The notes under the pieces are model-generated. The model was not told the DNA's origin. It did not search any database and was given only the letters and a program-made list of their open reading frames with translations. This document shows positions 32,139 through 41,942 of a stretch of 64,000 nt of DNA, in pieces (the stretch's first letter is position 1; every line of letters begins with the position of its first letter). Both the position numbers and the translations under genes were made by a program. The stretch comes from Brevinema andersonii (GTDB taxonomy: Bacteria; Spirochaetota; DYKD01): NCBI GenBank assembly GCA_020722765.1, contig DYKD01000009.1, positions 1,718 through 65,717 on the forward strand, in the 5' to 3' direction.

Positions 32139-32342
32139 ATGAACGACTCACATGGAACAATCATCATTACACCTAATGGTGATATTCAGACAGATATCCA
32201 TTCCAACAAAGGCGAATGCATGAGTGCATTGGAAACAATCACCAGGGCATTTGCGGATATCGCAGATCGTGGTCCTGTCGCAGAGACGATGCACGACTAC
32301 CAGAAAGACGCAAAAGTTGTAGCAAACGTAAACCAGGGGTAA
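32139..32342 (+). CDS. hypothetical protein
   Basis: TAAGGAG SD. 67 aa. Confidence 0.55.
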   Translation: MNDSHGTIIITPNGDIQTDIHSNKGECMSALETITRAFADIADRGPVAETMHDYQKDAKVVANVNQG

Positions 32343-32347
32343 AACAA

Positions 32348-32746
32348 ATGATCATTACCAGAGAAGTCCTCAGACGGGCTGATGCCGTAAAATCCAAGGC
32401 ATTCAACTATATACAGGCACAGGAACCTGAACTGATGTCGGCCATCATGAACGATGTCGATGCCAGATTACCCAAACTCCTTGACCGTATCAGGAACATG
32501 AATCCTGAAGCCGCACATCAGCCAGCGATCGATTTCCTCAAGGATGTAATAGGATTGGCGTTCATGGCAGAAACCATTGCACGCGATATCATGGAGAGCA
32601 AGGACAATAAGGAAATCGCAGCCATGGTCAAGAAATCATATGAAAGCTTGAGTGATGCTGTTGAGAAGGTCTCACCGATGGATGAACAAGTTACCGCAGA
32701 TAGCGTTGATGCTGCACTAAAGGAAATGGAGAATGAGGAAAAATGA
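32348..32746 (+). CDS. hypothetical protein
   Basis: ATG at 32348 (internal Met of track ORF 32216..32746), immediately after the upstream stop. Confidence 0.6.
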   Translation: MIITREVLRRADAVKSKAFNYIQAQEPELMSAIMNDVDARLPKLLDRIRNMNPEAAHQPAIDFLKDVIGLAFMAETIARDIMESKDNKEIAAMVKKSYESLSDAVEKVSPMDEQVTADSVDAALKEMENEEK

Positions 32747-33434
32747 TCTCAAGGAAATACGGAAACTGCTGCTCAAGAACAACCTGACACCTAATTCTGT
32801 CAGGTATCTTGAGAACATCATAAACATTTTCACGCAAGCTTCACCTAAACTGCCTGATACCTATATGAAGCCAGAGCACATATCGAAAATCATAGGACCA
32901 ATAAGGAACAATTATGTCATCCATATATATGGACATCCAGGATCTGGAAAGACAGCAATAGTGTCCGACATTGTGAATTCGTTGCCTGATGACTCCATTA
33001 CATTATGGGTCGACACCAGCTTCACCTTCAGTCCGAACCTTATCGTAAGGAAGGATAATGTTTTCGTATTTCCTACTACTACTGTGAATCAAGTGACGGA
33101 CATCGCCAAAGATTACAGCATGATAGTCATTGATGACTTCGCAGGAGTCATTGATCCTCAGAACATTTCCAAGCTGATCAGCGCCTGTAAGCAGAATAGT
33201 ACGCTGCTAATCATCGCGAACCAGATCAGGCAAATGGGCAAGGTCCCGGTCGCAATGCGTGCTAGACTTATGGTACTAACTGATATTACCATCAATAGCA
33301 GGCGGGCAGAAGTCCGGAATAATTCGGCCTTTTACCAGCTATCAGTAGAATATCATAGACCTCAACCACGGTTAAAAGGACAATATACGATGGTGGAGAT
33401 AACCAAACAAGGAGCACTCAATGCCAAGCAGTAG
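32733..33434 (+). CDS. RecA-fold P-loop ATPase (Sak4-like)
   Basis: Walker A GHPGSGKT, Walker B MIVIDDF, and ANQIRQMG, which resembles RecA NQIR. Confidence 0.6.
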   Translation: MRKNDLKEIRKLLLKNNLTPNSVRYLENIINIFTQASPKLPDTYMKPEHISKIIGPIRNNYVIHIYGHPGSGKTAIVSDIVNSLPDDSITLWVDTSFTFSPNLIVRKDNVFVFPTTTVNQVTDIAKDYSMIVIDDFAGVIDPQNISKLISACKQNSTLLIIANQIRQMGKVPVAMRARLMVLTDITINSRRAEVRNNSAFYQLSVEYHRPQPRLKGQYTMVEITKQGALNAKQ

Positions 33435-33753
33435 GGAAATAGGAGACAGGTTCGCCAAGAAAATGTGCCTTGATCTGAATCAGAGCCTGGCAGAACCTAT
33501 GAAACTGACAAAGAATAGTGGGGCAACCCATAGGGATGCGGACATGAAGAATTCATACATGGCAGTGGACTGCAAAGGTAATGCCGGAGGAGACTTCCGC
33601 AAATCCCTGCCATATGATGAACTCGATAAGGTTACCATGCAGGCTGGAGAGACTGCCAGGATAGGAATACTGATAGTGGAGAGGGAACATGAGGAGCCTG
33701 CAGTGGCTATGTCCCTCAGTGATTTCAAATTATTACTTGAAAGAATACCGTAG
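33421..33753 (+). CDS. hypothetical protein (possible small PD-(D/E)xK nuclease)
   Basis: NSGATHRDADM...AVDCKGN gives a weak D...DxK pattern. Confidence 0.45.
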   Translation: MPSSREIGDRFAKKMCLDLNQSLAEPMKLTKNSGATHRDADMKNSYMAVDCKGNAGGDFRKSLPYDELDKVTMQAGETARIGILIVEREHEEPAVAMSLSDFKLLLERIP

Positions 33754-33763
33754 GGAGGGCAGG

Positions 33764-34360
33764 ATGGAACTTAAATTATCAGCTAAACATAGGATTGATC
33801 TGGAATTGACAGAGGTGGAAGCGGATTACATAACACTCGCCTTGGATATACAGAGTGATGATCTTGCTTCATGTAGAAACGCCAACAAGATACTCATCCA
33901 GGCATTCCAACTGATAAATGTACGCTTGGCTATGCTATCAGGCCGAAAGGAAGAACTGGATTTCAGGCTCTCCGCAAAGAAAGCTGAATACCAGTCGCAG
34001 TTATACTGGGCAAAACATGGATGGGATGACCAGCTGGAAAAGATCAAGGAGAACAAGGAAGCCCGCAAGAAATGGCAGATGGAAGGGTCCCATGGTCCCT
34101 TTGAAGCGCCGCATGACATTAGTACATTCATGGATGTCACGCATATAACTCCGACTGATCCGCGCAAGCTGACAGATCAGTCAGTGAAAGCGATAGCCGA
34201 AACAGCCGCAACAAGGGATCTGGCAGAAGAATATGCGCAGGTCACGAAGTACCAGGAGATACTTAGGCAGTTGAAGGACAGCATAATCAGAATAGCGGAC
34301 AGAGTAAGTAATACAGTCATGTCATTCGGTACTGAGAACAAGATCATGAGGGGGGAATAA
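33764..34360 (+). CDS. hypothetical coiled-coil protein
   Basis: GGGAGGG SD precedes the ATG at 33764 (internal Met of track ORF 33689..34360). Confidence 0.6.
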   Translation: MELKLSAKHRIDLELTEVEADYITLALDIQSDDLASCRNANKILIQAFQLINVRLAMLSGRKEELDFRLSAKKAEYQSQLYWAKHGWDDQLEKIKENKEARKKWQMEGSHGPFEAPHDISTFMDVTHITPTDPRKLTDQSVKAIAETAATRDLAEEYAQVTKYQEILRQLKDSIIRIADRVSNTVMSFGTENKIMRGE

Positions 34361-34581
34361 TGGACATTAAAATCACCGCTAGAGAACTTGCAAGGGTACT
34401 GTTACTGCTTGATATCCAGCATGGATTCATGCCAAGAAGAAGCATGCCACAGCTGTCAAGACAGGTGCGAGAAAGATATCTCAGGGAAGCCGGTAGTTAT
34501 CTTCAGTTACCATTGGATGAATGGCCTAATGAAATAATCCAGAAAGCAGGAGTTGGATATGCCAGCAAAGAAGAGTCATAA
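34360..34581 (+). CDS. hypothetical protein
   Basis: TAATG stop/start junction. 73 aa. Confidence 0.5.
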   Translation: MDIKITARELARVLLLLDIQHGFMPRRSMPQLSRQVRERYLREAGSYLQLPLDEWPNEIIQKAGVGYASKEES

Positions 34582-34741
34582 GATCAGGACATATCAGGTT
34601 ATCATACCATATCTTCATAAGTTTACAGTGAAAGCTGCAACGCCACGGGAAGCATTGTCACAAGCCCATAATGGTACAGGCTCCATCCTTGGATTCGAGG
34701 ATGCCCGTGCTGAGATTACAGAGGTACAGAATGATAAATAA
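34559..34741 (+). CDS. hypothetical protein
   Basis: CAGGAG SD precedes the ATG at 34559. Confidence 0.45.
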   Translation: MPAKKSHKIRTYQVIIPYLHKFTVKAATPREALSQAHNGTGSILGFEDARAEITEVQNDK

Positions 34742-36515
34742 GATACGACTAAACAACATTACCTGTTTCAAGGATACCAAGATTTTCGACAATCTGCCGC
34801 AGTTGGTAACAATATATGGACCAGATGGATCTGGCAAATCAAGCATCATATCAGCCATCAAATTGGCTCTGACCGGCAAGGATGATAATAGGTCACCGAA
34901 GATGATGGTGAACAAGACAACGGTCAATGCCACTGTCAGCATTGAAATAGGACTAAAGGAACGCACATATATAATGGATAGGACTTTCACATCCGACAAC
35001 AAGTCAGTCAGTGGAGGTCTGTCCCCTCAGAAATTAGCATCTGCACTGGGCACAACCAGGGCAGCTATGGAACTTCTGGTAGACTCATGGACTATTCTGA
35101 GGAAATCAGAAACAGAACTAGCTAGTACAATAGAGAAGGCTCTGAACCCAAGTATGACAAAGGATGAACTGGTAACATCACTACTTGCAAAGGTTCCAAG
35201 CGAAGAGACTCCTATATGTAAGAACATAATTGATTCCTTCTCAATGAAGACATCAAATGATATGATTACTGCGCTTGTGAAGAAACTTAATACCGAACTC
35301 AAAACGACAGCATCGGAAATAGCTGCGGATACCAAAGCCAAGGAAGAGATTGACGAGAAGCTATCACGTACAAAGGAACTGAATATTGCAAAAGTCAGGC
35401 TTGCGAAGGAACGTGCGGAGAAACTGGCAGTCATCAGAACCATCCAGGGAGAAATTGACAGCCTGGAAACAAGGATCAGAGACAAATTGGCTCCAGATCT
35501 GCAGGCAAAAAAGGAAAAAAGCCTTGCATCCGTCCGTGCTGATATTGAACCTATCCTGAAGGAAATATCCAGGAAGGAACTGGAAATAGATGGTGTCAAG
35601 AGACAGATGAACGCAATCCCGGAAGAATATACGATTGATGGGACAACCCTACCATGCAAATGGTTCGGTAAATGCGAACTTGATCCCGACATCATATTGG
35701 AGATGCATGAGAAGAACCGGATAGCCAACACGGAGAAGAAATCAAGACTACAGTTACAGCTCGAGACATTGACAGAGGAAATGGGCACATTGAACGCCAA
35801 ACTGACAGCAGCTAAGCTTACTAATGCTTCAGCAGATTCAGCCAAAGCGGACCTTGACAGGGTAGAAGCTGATATCAAGTCTGTCACTGACCAGATCACT
35901 ACCCGAAAGGATACCATTGCCAGACTGAACAAGGAACTCCCTGAGGATCAGGGTGATGTAGGAGCGACACTTATGACCATGGCGGAAGAGGTGGAAACAT
36001 GGACAGCGGAAAGCAACAGACTGACGAGCAACATAATGAGACTGAATTCACTGATCAATCCTATAAAGAATATGCTAAAAGGCATGGAAGAAATAAAGGA
36101 TGCGGCATCCAGCACCAAAACAGCGGCATTCAGAAAGACGTTCCTGGAAGCGGTCACCAGAATATACGGGGACGGAGTGGAATATGGTGATAAAGGAATC
36201 ATCATAAACGGTCTATCACATATCGAGATGAGCATGAGCCAACAGCAACGGATAGGTATAGCGATGCAGTATGCGTTGGCGTTGACTACCGGTATCAAGA
36301 TAATGCTAATAGACAATATGAATATCATAACTGACTATTCAGACATCGCTCCCGTGCTTGAGATGGCACTGGAGGACGGCATACAGATCTTCATGTTATC
36401 ATCACTGGACACAGTATTGTCGTCGATAGTGAAACATGACAAGATGAAACAGATCATACTTGACCCTGTGAACCATAAGGTTCCGGTACAAGCTACAGAA
36501 CAGGCATGGACATAA
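34731..36515 (+). CDS. Rad50/SbcC-like SMC-type ATPase
   Basis: Walker A GPDGSGKSS, a long central coiled coil, a C-terminal signature SMSQQQRIG, and Walker B IMLIDN. Confidence 0.75.
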   Translation: MINKIRLNNITCFKDTKIFDNLPQLVTIYGPDGSGKSSIISAIKLALTGKDDNRSPKMMVNKTTVNATVSIEIGLKERTYIMDRTFTSDNKSVSGGLSPQKLASALGTTRAAMELLVDSWTILRKSETELASTIEKALNPSMTKDELVTSLLAKVPSEETPICKNIIDSFSMKTSNDMITALVKKLNTELKTTASEIAADTKAKEEIDEKLSRTKELNIAKVRLAKERAEKLAVIRTIQGEIDSLETRIRDKLAPDLQAKKEKSLASVRADIEPILKEISRKELEIDGVKRQMNAIPEEYTIDGTTLPCKWFGKCELDPDIILEMHEKNRIANTEKKSRLQLQLETLTEEMGTLNAKLTAAKLTNASADSAKADLDRVEADIKSVTDQITTRKDTIARLNKELPEDQGDVGATLMTMAEEVETWTAESNRLTSNIMRLNSLINPIKNMLKGMEEIKDAASSTKTAAFRKTFLEAVTRIYGDGVEYGDKGIIINGLSHIEMSMSQQQRIGIAMQYALALTTGIKIMLIDNMNIITDYSDIAPVLEMALEDGIQIFMLSSLDTVLSSIVKHDKMKQIILDPVNHKVPVQATEQAWT

Positions 36516-36526
36516 CTGGAGGAGAA

Positions 36527-37564
36527 ATGGCAATCGATCATGAACGTCTTAAGACTATGTACCTTGATAATATAAATCAGGGGCTCCGTAACCTTAGGGA
36601 TAAGGAACGGGAGAAGTATAAGAACAGGCATAAGGATGATACTACAAGATTCAGGGTAAGACCTACACAAGCCTCCATTATTGTACCACTGACCCCAAAC
36701 TATACTTTACTTGCTGGATCATGCAACAGGGCTTCCTGGTTCAACAACTTGGATATTCCCCAGACTAATCCTGCCTCACCTAAAGGTGAGAGAAGGATGG
36801 ATGCTGGAAAAGCCATCGAGGAACAGGAACATCTTTATGCGGCCAATGCGCCGAACATGGTAACAATAGGTAACAATATGGCCTTGAAGACTCCATTGAT
36901 AGACGATGTAAAGATCAACGGAGAAGTGGACAGGCTTATGCAGGACCAGGATGGCAACATTGCCGTCGTGGAAATCAAATCCTTCTATGGATATGATGCT
37001 CGCAAGGAGATCTTCGGATCAAAGGATAAGCTGGGCAGGCCGAAATACCAGCATCTCCTGCAGGTCCTGGTATATCTGTACATGCTCAAACAGAACGCAA
37101 TAGACGTGAAATATGCGTTGATACATTATATTGACCGCTCTGATTTCGAAGAAGACGTCTACATCATAACATGGGATGTGGAAGGTGATGAAGCATATCC
37201 GAACATCAACGGTGTGCAGAATAGGAACATCAAACTATCAGGCATCATTGCCAGGTATACCCAGTTAGCATTGGCGGTCAAGAACAGGACTATACCACCC
37301 AGAGACTGCGAGTTTGTCTACAGTGAAAGGAAGATCCTTGAGCTGGCAGATAATGGCATCATAAGCAAGAACAAAATGAAGAAGTATCTGGCCGGTGAAA
37401 TACATCCCGGGGATTACCAATGTTCATACTGTTCATGGAAGAATCTATGTTATGGCGAGACACCATCGGATCCTAAGACCTGGCGTACGGACGCGGATAT
37501 ACAGGCCATACTTTCTGGTGGAAAGATCCAACCTGCAATCATAGAAGAGACAGGCTGGGAATAG
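36527..37564 (+). CDS. Cas4/RecB-like PD-(D/E)xK exonuclease with a 4-Cys cluster
   Basis: N-terminal C (GSCNRASWF), GEVDRL...VVEIK, QLLQVLVY, and C-terminal CSYCSWKNLC (Cx2Cx5C). Confidence 0.7.
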   Translation: MAIDHERLKTMYLDNINQGLRNLRDKEREKYKNRHKDDTTRFRVRPTQASIIVPLTPNYTLLAGSCNRASWFNNLDIPQTNPASPKGERRMDAGKAIEEQEHLYAANAPNMVTIGNNMALKTPLIDDVKINGEVDRLMQDQDGNIAVVEIKSFYGYDARKEIFGSKDKLGRPKYQHLLQVLVYLYMLKQNAIDVKYALIHYIDRSDFEEDVYIITWDVEGDEAYPNINGVQNRNIKLSGIIARYTQLALAVKNRTIPPRDCEFVYSERKILELADNGIISKNKMKKYLAGEIHPGDYQCSYCSWKNLCYGETPSDPKTWRTDADIQAILSGGKIQPAIIEETGWE

Positions 37565-37572
37565 GAGTACAG

Positions 37573-38037
37573 ATGATTGAACTAGTCAACGAGAAAGCAG
37601 ACATATCAGTGACACTTATCCCACTGTCCATGAAGATAATCATGCGGACACGCTTGCACCAGACGTTTGATAAGGACCATCAGGATACCATCCGTGCCAT
37701 CTATAATGATCTACTTGCAGGCGAGAACAGTTTCCACTACATTATCTCTAATGCTGGCAGGGTAATGGCTGTTGTGGCTATCAAGGATCAACTGACAAAG
37801 ACAATAGGGCGTATCCCTGAGGAAGTGTCTGCAATACTTAAGAAATATGGCATATACAAACCGACAATCCTAAATGTCGAGGTCAGAAAGCATACCGAGT
37901 ACAAGAAAGATACATATTCACCGATATTCGGAATCAATGTAAGGATAAGGACAGACCTGGATATAGGTGTCATGCCTTCATTGACAAGAGATTTTGAACT
38001 AAATATCATGAACAAGGAGAACACAGATGACAAATGA
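37573..38037 (+). CDS. hypothetical protein
   Basis: 154-aa ORF. Confidence 0.6.
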   Translation: MIELVNEKADISVTLIPLSMKIIMRTRLHQTFDKDHQDTIRAIYNDLLAGENSFHYIISNAGRVMAVVAIKDQLTKTIGRIPEEVSAILKKYGIYKPTILNVEVRKHTEYKKDTYSPIFGINVRIRTDLDIGVMPSLTRDFELNIMNKENTDDK

Positions 38038-38278
38038 AGAAGTGATGGCAAAGTTGGACGAAATCCAACAAGTGATGATGAAACAGAATCTTGAAATGTG
38101 GGCAATAGCGACGACCGTAGGCAGTATTAAGCTTTCATTAATAGAAGCCAAACTGGTTACTGAAGAGCAGCTTACGAAGCATGAGACAGAACTGGCAGAA
38201 GAAATCAAGGCTGAAATGGAGAAGATTATCGATGCTGACAACAAGAGCAAGGCAACTGCTGCTAAGGACAATAGCTGA
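38027..38278 (+). CDS. coiled-coil hypothetical protein
   Basis: 83-aa ORF overlapping the upstream stop. Confidence 0.5.
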   Translation: MTNEEVMAKLDEIQQVMMKQNLEMWAIATTVGSIKLSLIEAKLVTEEQLTKHETELAEEIKAEMEKIIDADNKSKATAAKDNS

Positions 38279-38696
38279 ATTAGCGCACTCATTAATAGAG
38301 GAAACAGCCAACGACAGCAGGCTGGTGAGCATAAGCTCGACCGAGATCCACGTTGCATGGTTCGAATCCTCACTCCTGAGATCCGCCATCATGATCACCC
38401 GTGAAATAGACGATAAGGGACAGAAGACTTACCATATAGAAACCGCCAAAATGGAAGAAAATGGCAGCATTCCAACCAGGACATTATGGTCACTCAGCGA
38501 GATGATATCATCGGATGATAAGCTGTATGTGAGTGCCATGAATAATAAGGAAGCATTGTTCAGATGGAATAACATTCCTGAGAAACCATTGCGCAAACTA
38601 TTATCAGTGCTGTGCACATGTGAATATCGTCCATGGATACCAAAAGAAACACGGAGACTTGAAATAACGATGGAAGATAGGGGCATAGATGTATAA
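38181..38696 (+). CDS. hypothetical protein (start uncertain)
   Basis: 171-aa ORF overlapping 38027..38278 by 98 nt. I could not identify an SD-led start. Confidence 0.45.
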   Translation: MRQNWQKKSRLKWRRLSMLTTRARQLLLRTIAELAHSLIEETANDSRLVSISSTEIHVAWFESSLLRSAIMITREIDDKGQKTYHIETAKMEENGSIPTRTLWSLSEMISSDDKLYVSAMNNKEALFRWNNIPEKPLRKLLSVLCTCEYRPWIPKETRRLEITMEDRGIDV

Positions 38697-41169
38697 ACTA
38701 AACGTACCATTAGCGGCATATTTGATGGGTAATCAGCTTTTCCTGGTGAAGGAGAGAAAGATGGTCAAGATGGACGCACCGGTTACATGGACCTATGAAC
38801 CACTAGCGGATGCAGATAATGAGTATTTCTTCACCAGCAAGAGCCAATGGATACCGGCGATCAAACAACCATGTTCATATGAAGAGTGGCGGGAGAATGT
38901 AAAATACCCATTCTCATACCTAACGCACATCTTCCTGACGCAGCCTGACCTAGTGCGGGGGAATGCGCATAATGATGACCTGAAGCTGATGTATTTCGAT
39001 ATTGAAACCATGTCGGATGGTTCAGGTAGATTCCCACGCGCAGAACAGGATCCTTTGATCATGTTCGGATACGCGATAGATGATGGAGAGATAAAGGTAC
39101 ACTATGTTGAAGACCTGGGCAACCGGCCTGCAGGAATAGAGGACCGGGAACTGTTACGTAAGTTCCTGGAAGTCGTAGAGACCGAGAATCCGGACATCCT
39201 GGTAACATATAATGGTTATAGCTTCGATATGCCATATATCCTGACCAGATGCAGGAAACTTGGACTGAATACTGATCCATTATTAAGGATGAATGGGGAT
39301 AAGGAAGCAGATAGGTTGATGATGGCTGAAGCGCAGTTACCTACCGGTCCACTCATCAGCAATATGGGCACTCGTCTGCATTATGACATCTTCAAGGTGG
39401 ATGTTCTCCGGGACCAGTCACTGAGTGGAATAAAGGATCGCCGTATGAAAACGGTAGGCAAATGGTTCCTAACCGATATCGCCGATAATATCATAGATCT
39501 TGAGGATGGTATCTCCAATACTAGGGCAATGATGCTATCGGAAGACGGGATTAGGACGATGATAGATTACCAGAAATCAGATATCATGGTTACCAGGGGC
39601 CTATCAAAGGTATACTTCGACATGAGTGTCTCAGCCGCTAATAGCCTGGGATTACCGTTGAACATGATACTCAACAGGTCATCTGGAACACTTGCTTCGG
39701 CACAAATCATAAGAACATTGTTGGAACATAGGATCATACCTGACCTGCCAAATGAGACAATCTTTGAGGATATGTATGCGCTAATAGAACGCAACAAGAA
39801 GGCAGACAAAGAAATAAAGAAGAGTTTCCAAGGTGCATATGTGGATATGTACAAGCGAGGAAGCTTCAAGAAACTCTATAAGCTGGACTTCAACTCGCTG
39901 TATCCCAGCATCATCATACTGTTCAACCTGTCTTATGAGACAGTAAGGTTCGACAAGGATAAAATGGTGCATCTTGCAGGAGACCGTTCTACCAATTGGA
40001 ACAAGTTCCAATATGACAGGCGCCCATATGAACTGGACCTGTTCATACCAGATGCGAATTTCAAACGTGTTTTGCCTGTGACGATAGATATGGGTTATCA
40101 TGGGATACTGCCTAAGCTCTTGAGTGAAGGCTTGGCCAAACGAAAAGAGATACGCAATAAGATGAAAGACATGGACCATAATGATCCTGAATACATATCG
40201 ATGAATTCGGCTCAGCAAATCGTGAAGGTCCTGAATAACAGCGTGTTCGGGATCCTTAGCAACAGGTACTCAGTAGGTTATCTGCCAATAGGCTTCACTA
40301 TTACGGGACTAGGTAGGATACTCATAAGAAAAGCGATAGAAATAATCAGTGATCCTAAGATGAAAGCGGCGGAATATGCCAGGAGGACACGTGGAGAACT
40401 ATGGTCGGAGGAGTGGAGAAAGACCTGCCCTATAGTTGAAATAGATACGGATGGTTTGCTGATCGAAGGTGATGCAAATGCAGATATTGTCAATGCGGAA
40501 CTGACCAGGATCATCAAGAAGGAATTCGGAATAGACAATAAGGTACTCAAGATGGCAAAAGAGGAGTTCGGGTCAGGCTACATACATGGCATGAAAAATT
40601 ACCTACTGTTGGAACCGGGAAATCCAAAACCCATCATCCATGGTTCGTTCTTCAAGAGTTCCAGGGCAGCGGCAGTGACTGATGCTACAGTGAACTTGCT
40701 TATTGATAATCTGCTGCACAATAGGCTATCGGATGATGAAACCATAAGGAAAGCTACGGATCTTTCATGGGCCAAACCTGAAGATTATAAGATCAAGGTA
40801 AAGATGTCCAAGAATATCAGGGATTATAAGTCGAATGCTGGCCTCATGCGCATATCAATGGATGAGAAATCCTATGATATCGAGGAAACATCATCTGCAT
40901 TGCCTTCAGGGATGATTGCCAAGATAGCGGAATCATACAAGGATGCATATGGATTCACCCCGATGAAAGGTGATATGCTGGAATTCGTAATGGCAAAGGA
41001 CCAATTGACAGGGAAGAGTATCCCCATACCTTACAATAAGATCATGACAACAAGGAGATATGTGATAGATACGGCATATTATCTTGATACGATCAACACA
41101 TTACTTGAACCTATACTGGCCAGGACCAGGGAAAAGACGACAATCATGAACATATGGGAGAACATATGA
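38689..41169 (+). CDS. family B DNA polymerase
   Basis: ExoI MYFDIET, ExoII YNGYSFDMPYI, motif A DFNSLYPSII, motif B KVLNNSVFG, motif C EIDTDGL. Confidence 0.92.
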   Translation: MYKLNVPLAAYLMGNQLFLVKERKMVKMDAPVTWTYEPLADADNEYFFTSKSQWIPAIKQPCSYEEWRENVKYPFSYLTHIFLTQPDLVRGNAHNDDLKLMYFDIETMSDGSGRFPRAEQDPLIMFGYAIDDGEIKVHYVEDLGNRPAGIEDRELLRKFLEVVETENPDILVTYNGYSFDMPYILTRCRKLGLNTDPLLRMNGDKEADRLMMAEAQLPTGPLISNMGTRLHYDIFKVDVLRDQSLSGIKDRRMKTVGKWFLTDIADNIIDLEDGISNTRAMMLSEDGIRTMIDYQKSDIMVTRGLSKVYFDMSVSAANSLGLPLNMILNRSSGTLASAQIIRTLLEHRIIPDLPNETIFEDMYALIERNKKADKEIKKSFQGAYVDMYKRGSFKKLYKLDFNSLYPSIIILFNLSYETVRFDKDKMVHLAGDRSTNWNKFQYDRRPYELDLFIPDANFKRVLPVTIDMGYHGILPKLLSEGLAKRKEIRNKMKDMDHNDPEYISMNSAQQIVKVLNNSVFGILSNRYSVGYLPIGFTITGLGRILIRKAIEIISDPKMKAAEYARRTRGELWSEEWRKTCPIVEIDTDGLLIEGDANADIVNAELTRIIKKEFGIDNKVLKMAKEEFGSGYIHGMKNYLLLEPGNPKPIIHGSFFKSSRAAAVTDATVNLLIDNLLHNRLSDDETIRKATDLSWAKPEDYKIKVKMSKNIRDYKSNAGLMRISMDEKSYDIEETSSALPSGMIAKIAESYKDAYGFTPMKGDMLEFVMAKDQLTGKSIPIPYNKIMTTRRYVIDTAYYLDTINTLLEPILARTREKTTIMNIWENI

Positions 41170-41930
41170 GTATTCCTAACAATGACCGTGCGAAGAACCG
41201 TACGGAGAAGACCAATGATCACATATCAAACATCAACGAATGGCAGCAGAAGATGCTTGATGCAATAGATAGGAAGCTATCAGGCAAAGCTGCAGGTAAT
41301 CTGGCAAGTCTCATTGGCGAAGACAAAGAGATACCTGAAACGACACTGCCAACTGATGAATTTGAAGCATTGACTACTGCCAGGACCACCGTAAACAGGC
41401 TGATGCTAAACGATGCAAACACCAAATACAAGGACAGGATAGAGGATATCAAGACAAACAGCACCGATCCTAAGATAGTGAATTTCATCGCCAAATACAA
41501 GCAATATGCCATCTACATCTTCAATAAGACGGGAATCGATGTTAGGATACCTCTGAGCATTATTGCAATAGAAGGTGCATGGGGCGCAAAGACCCCAATT
41601 ATGGTGGCTGCCAAACCATATGGAAAGAGGACAATCAACTCGAATAACCTGTTTAATATAAAGACAACTCCCGCATATATCAAAGCGGGTGGCAGGTTCG
41701 GATATGCGCAAGATGAGACGCCTACTGAGCAGTTCAGGATATACAGAAACGGCTATGAATCATGTGATGATTGGATTGAACTGATGACTAGACCGTTGTA
41801 TAAACATATCGTGGACAGATACAAGACGCAACCGGAGCAGTTCTTATTTGAGATGTATAAGGTATATGCTACAGATGTTAATGCCGGGCGAAATGCCGCA
41901 AATGTCGCCAAATATTTCGTACCAGTATGA
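41166..41930 (+). CDS. peptidoglycan hydrolase (glucosaminidase/FlgJ-like domain)
   Basis: AIEGAWGAKT, NNLFNIKT and FRIYRNGYESCDDWIELM match the mannosyl-glycoprotein endo-beta-N-acetylglucosaminidase pattern. ATGA overlap with the polB gene. Confidence 0.6.
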   Translation: MSIPNNDRAKNRTEKTNDHISNINEWQQKMLDAIDRKLSGKAAGNLASLIGEDKEIPETTLPTDEFEALTTARTTVNRLMLNDANTKYKDRIEDIKTNSTDPKIVNFIAKYKQYAIYIFNKTGIDVRIPLSIIAIEGAWGAKTPIMVAAKPYGKRTINSNNLFNIKTTPAYIKAGGRFGYAQDETPTEQFRIYRNGYESCDDWIELMTRPLYKHIVDRYKTQPEQFLFEMYKVYATDVNAGRNAANVAKYFVPV

Positions 41931-41942
41931 GGAGTTAGTAAA

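Noticed and set aside
35027-35932. 301-aa minus-strand ORF opposite the Rad50-like gene
   Set aside because: It is antisense to the coiled-coil region, and its Ser/Phe/Leu-rich translation is typical of a shadow frame.
38359-38369. GGTTCGAATCC, a tRNA T-loop-like string
   Set aside because: The flanking bases cannot form a T-stem (CATGG versus CCTCA) and no acceptor or anticodon arms are present. It lies inside a protein ORF. I found no tRNA anywhere in the window by eye.
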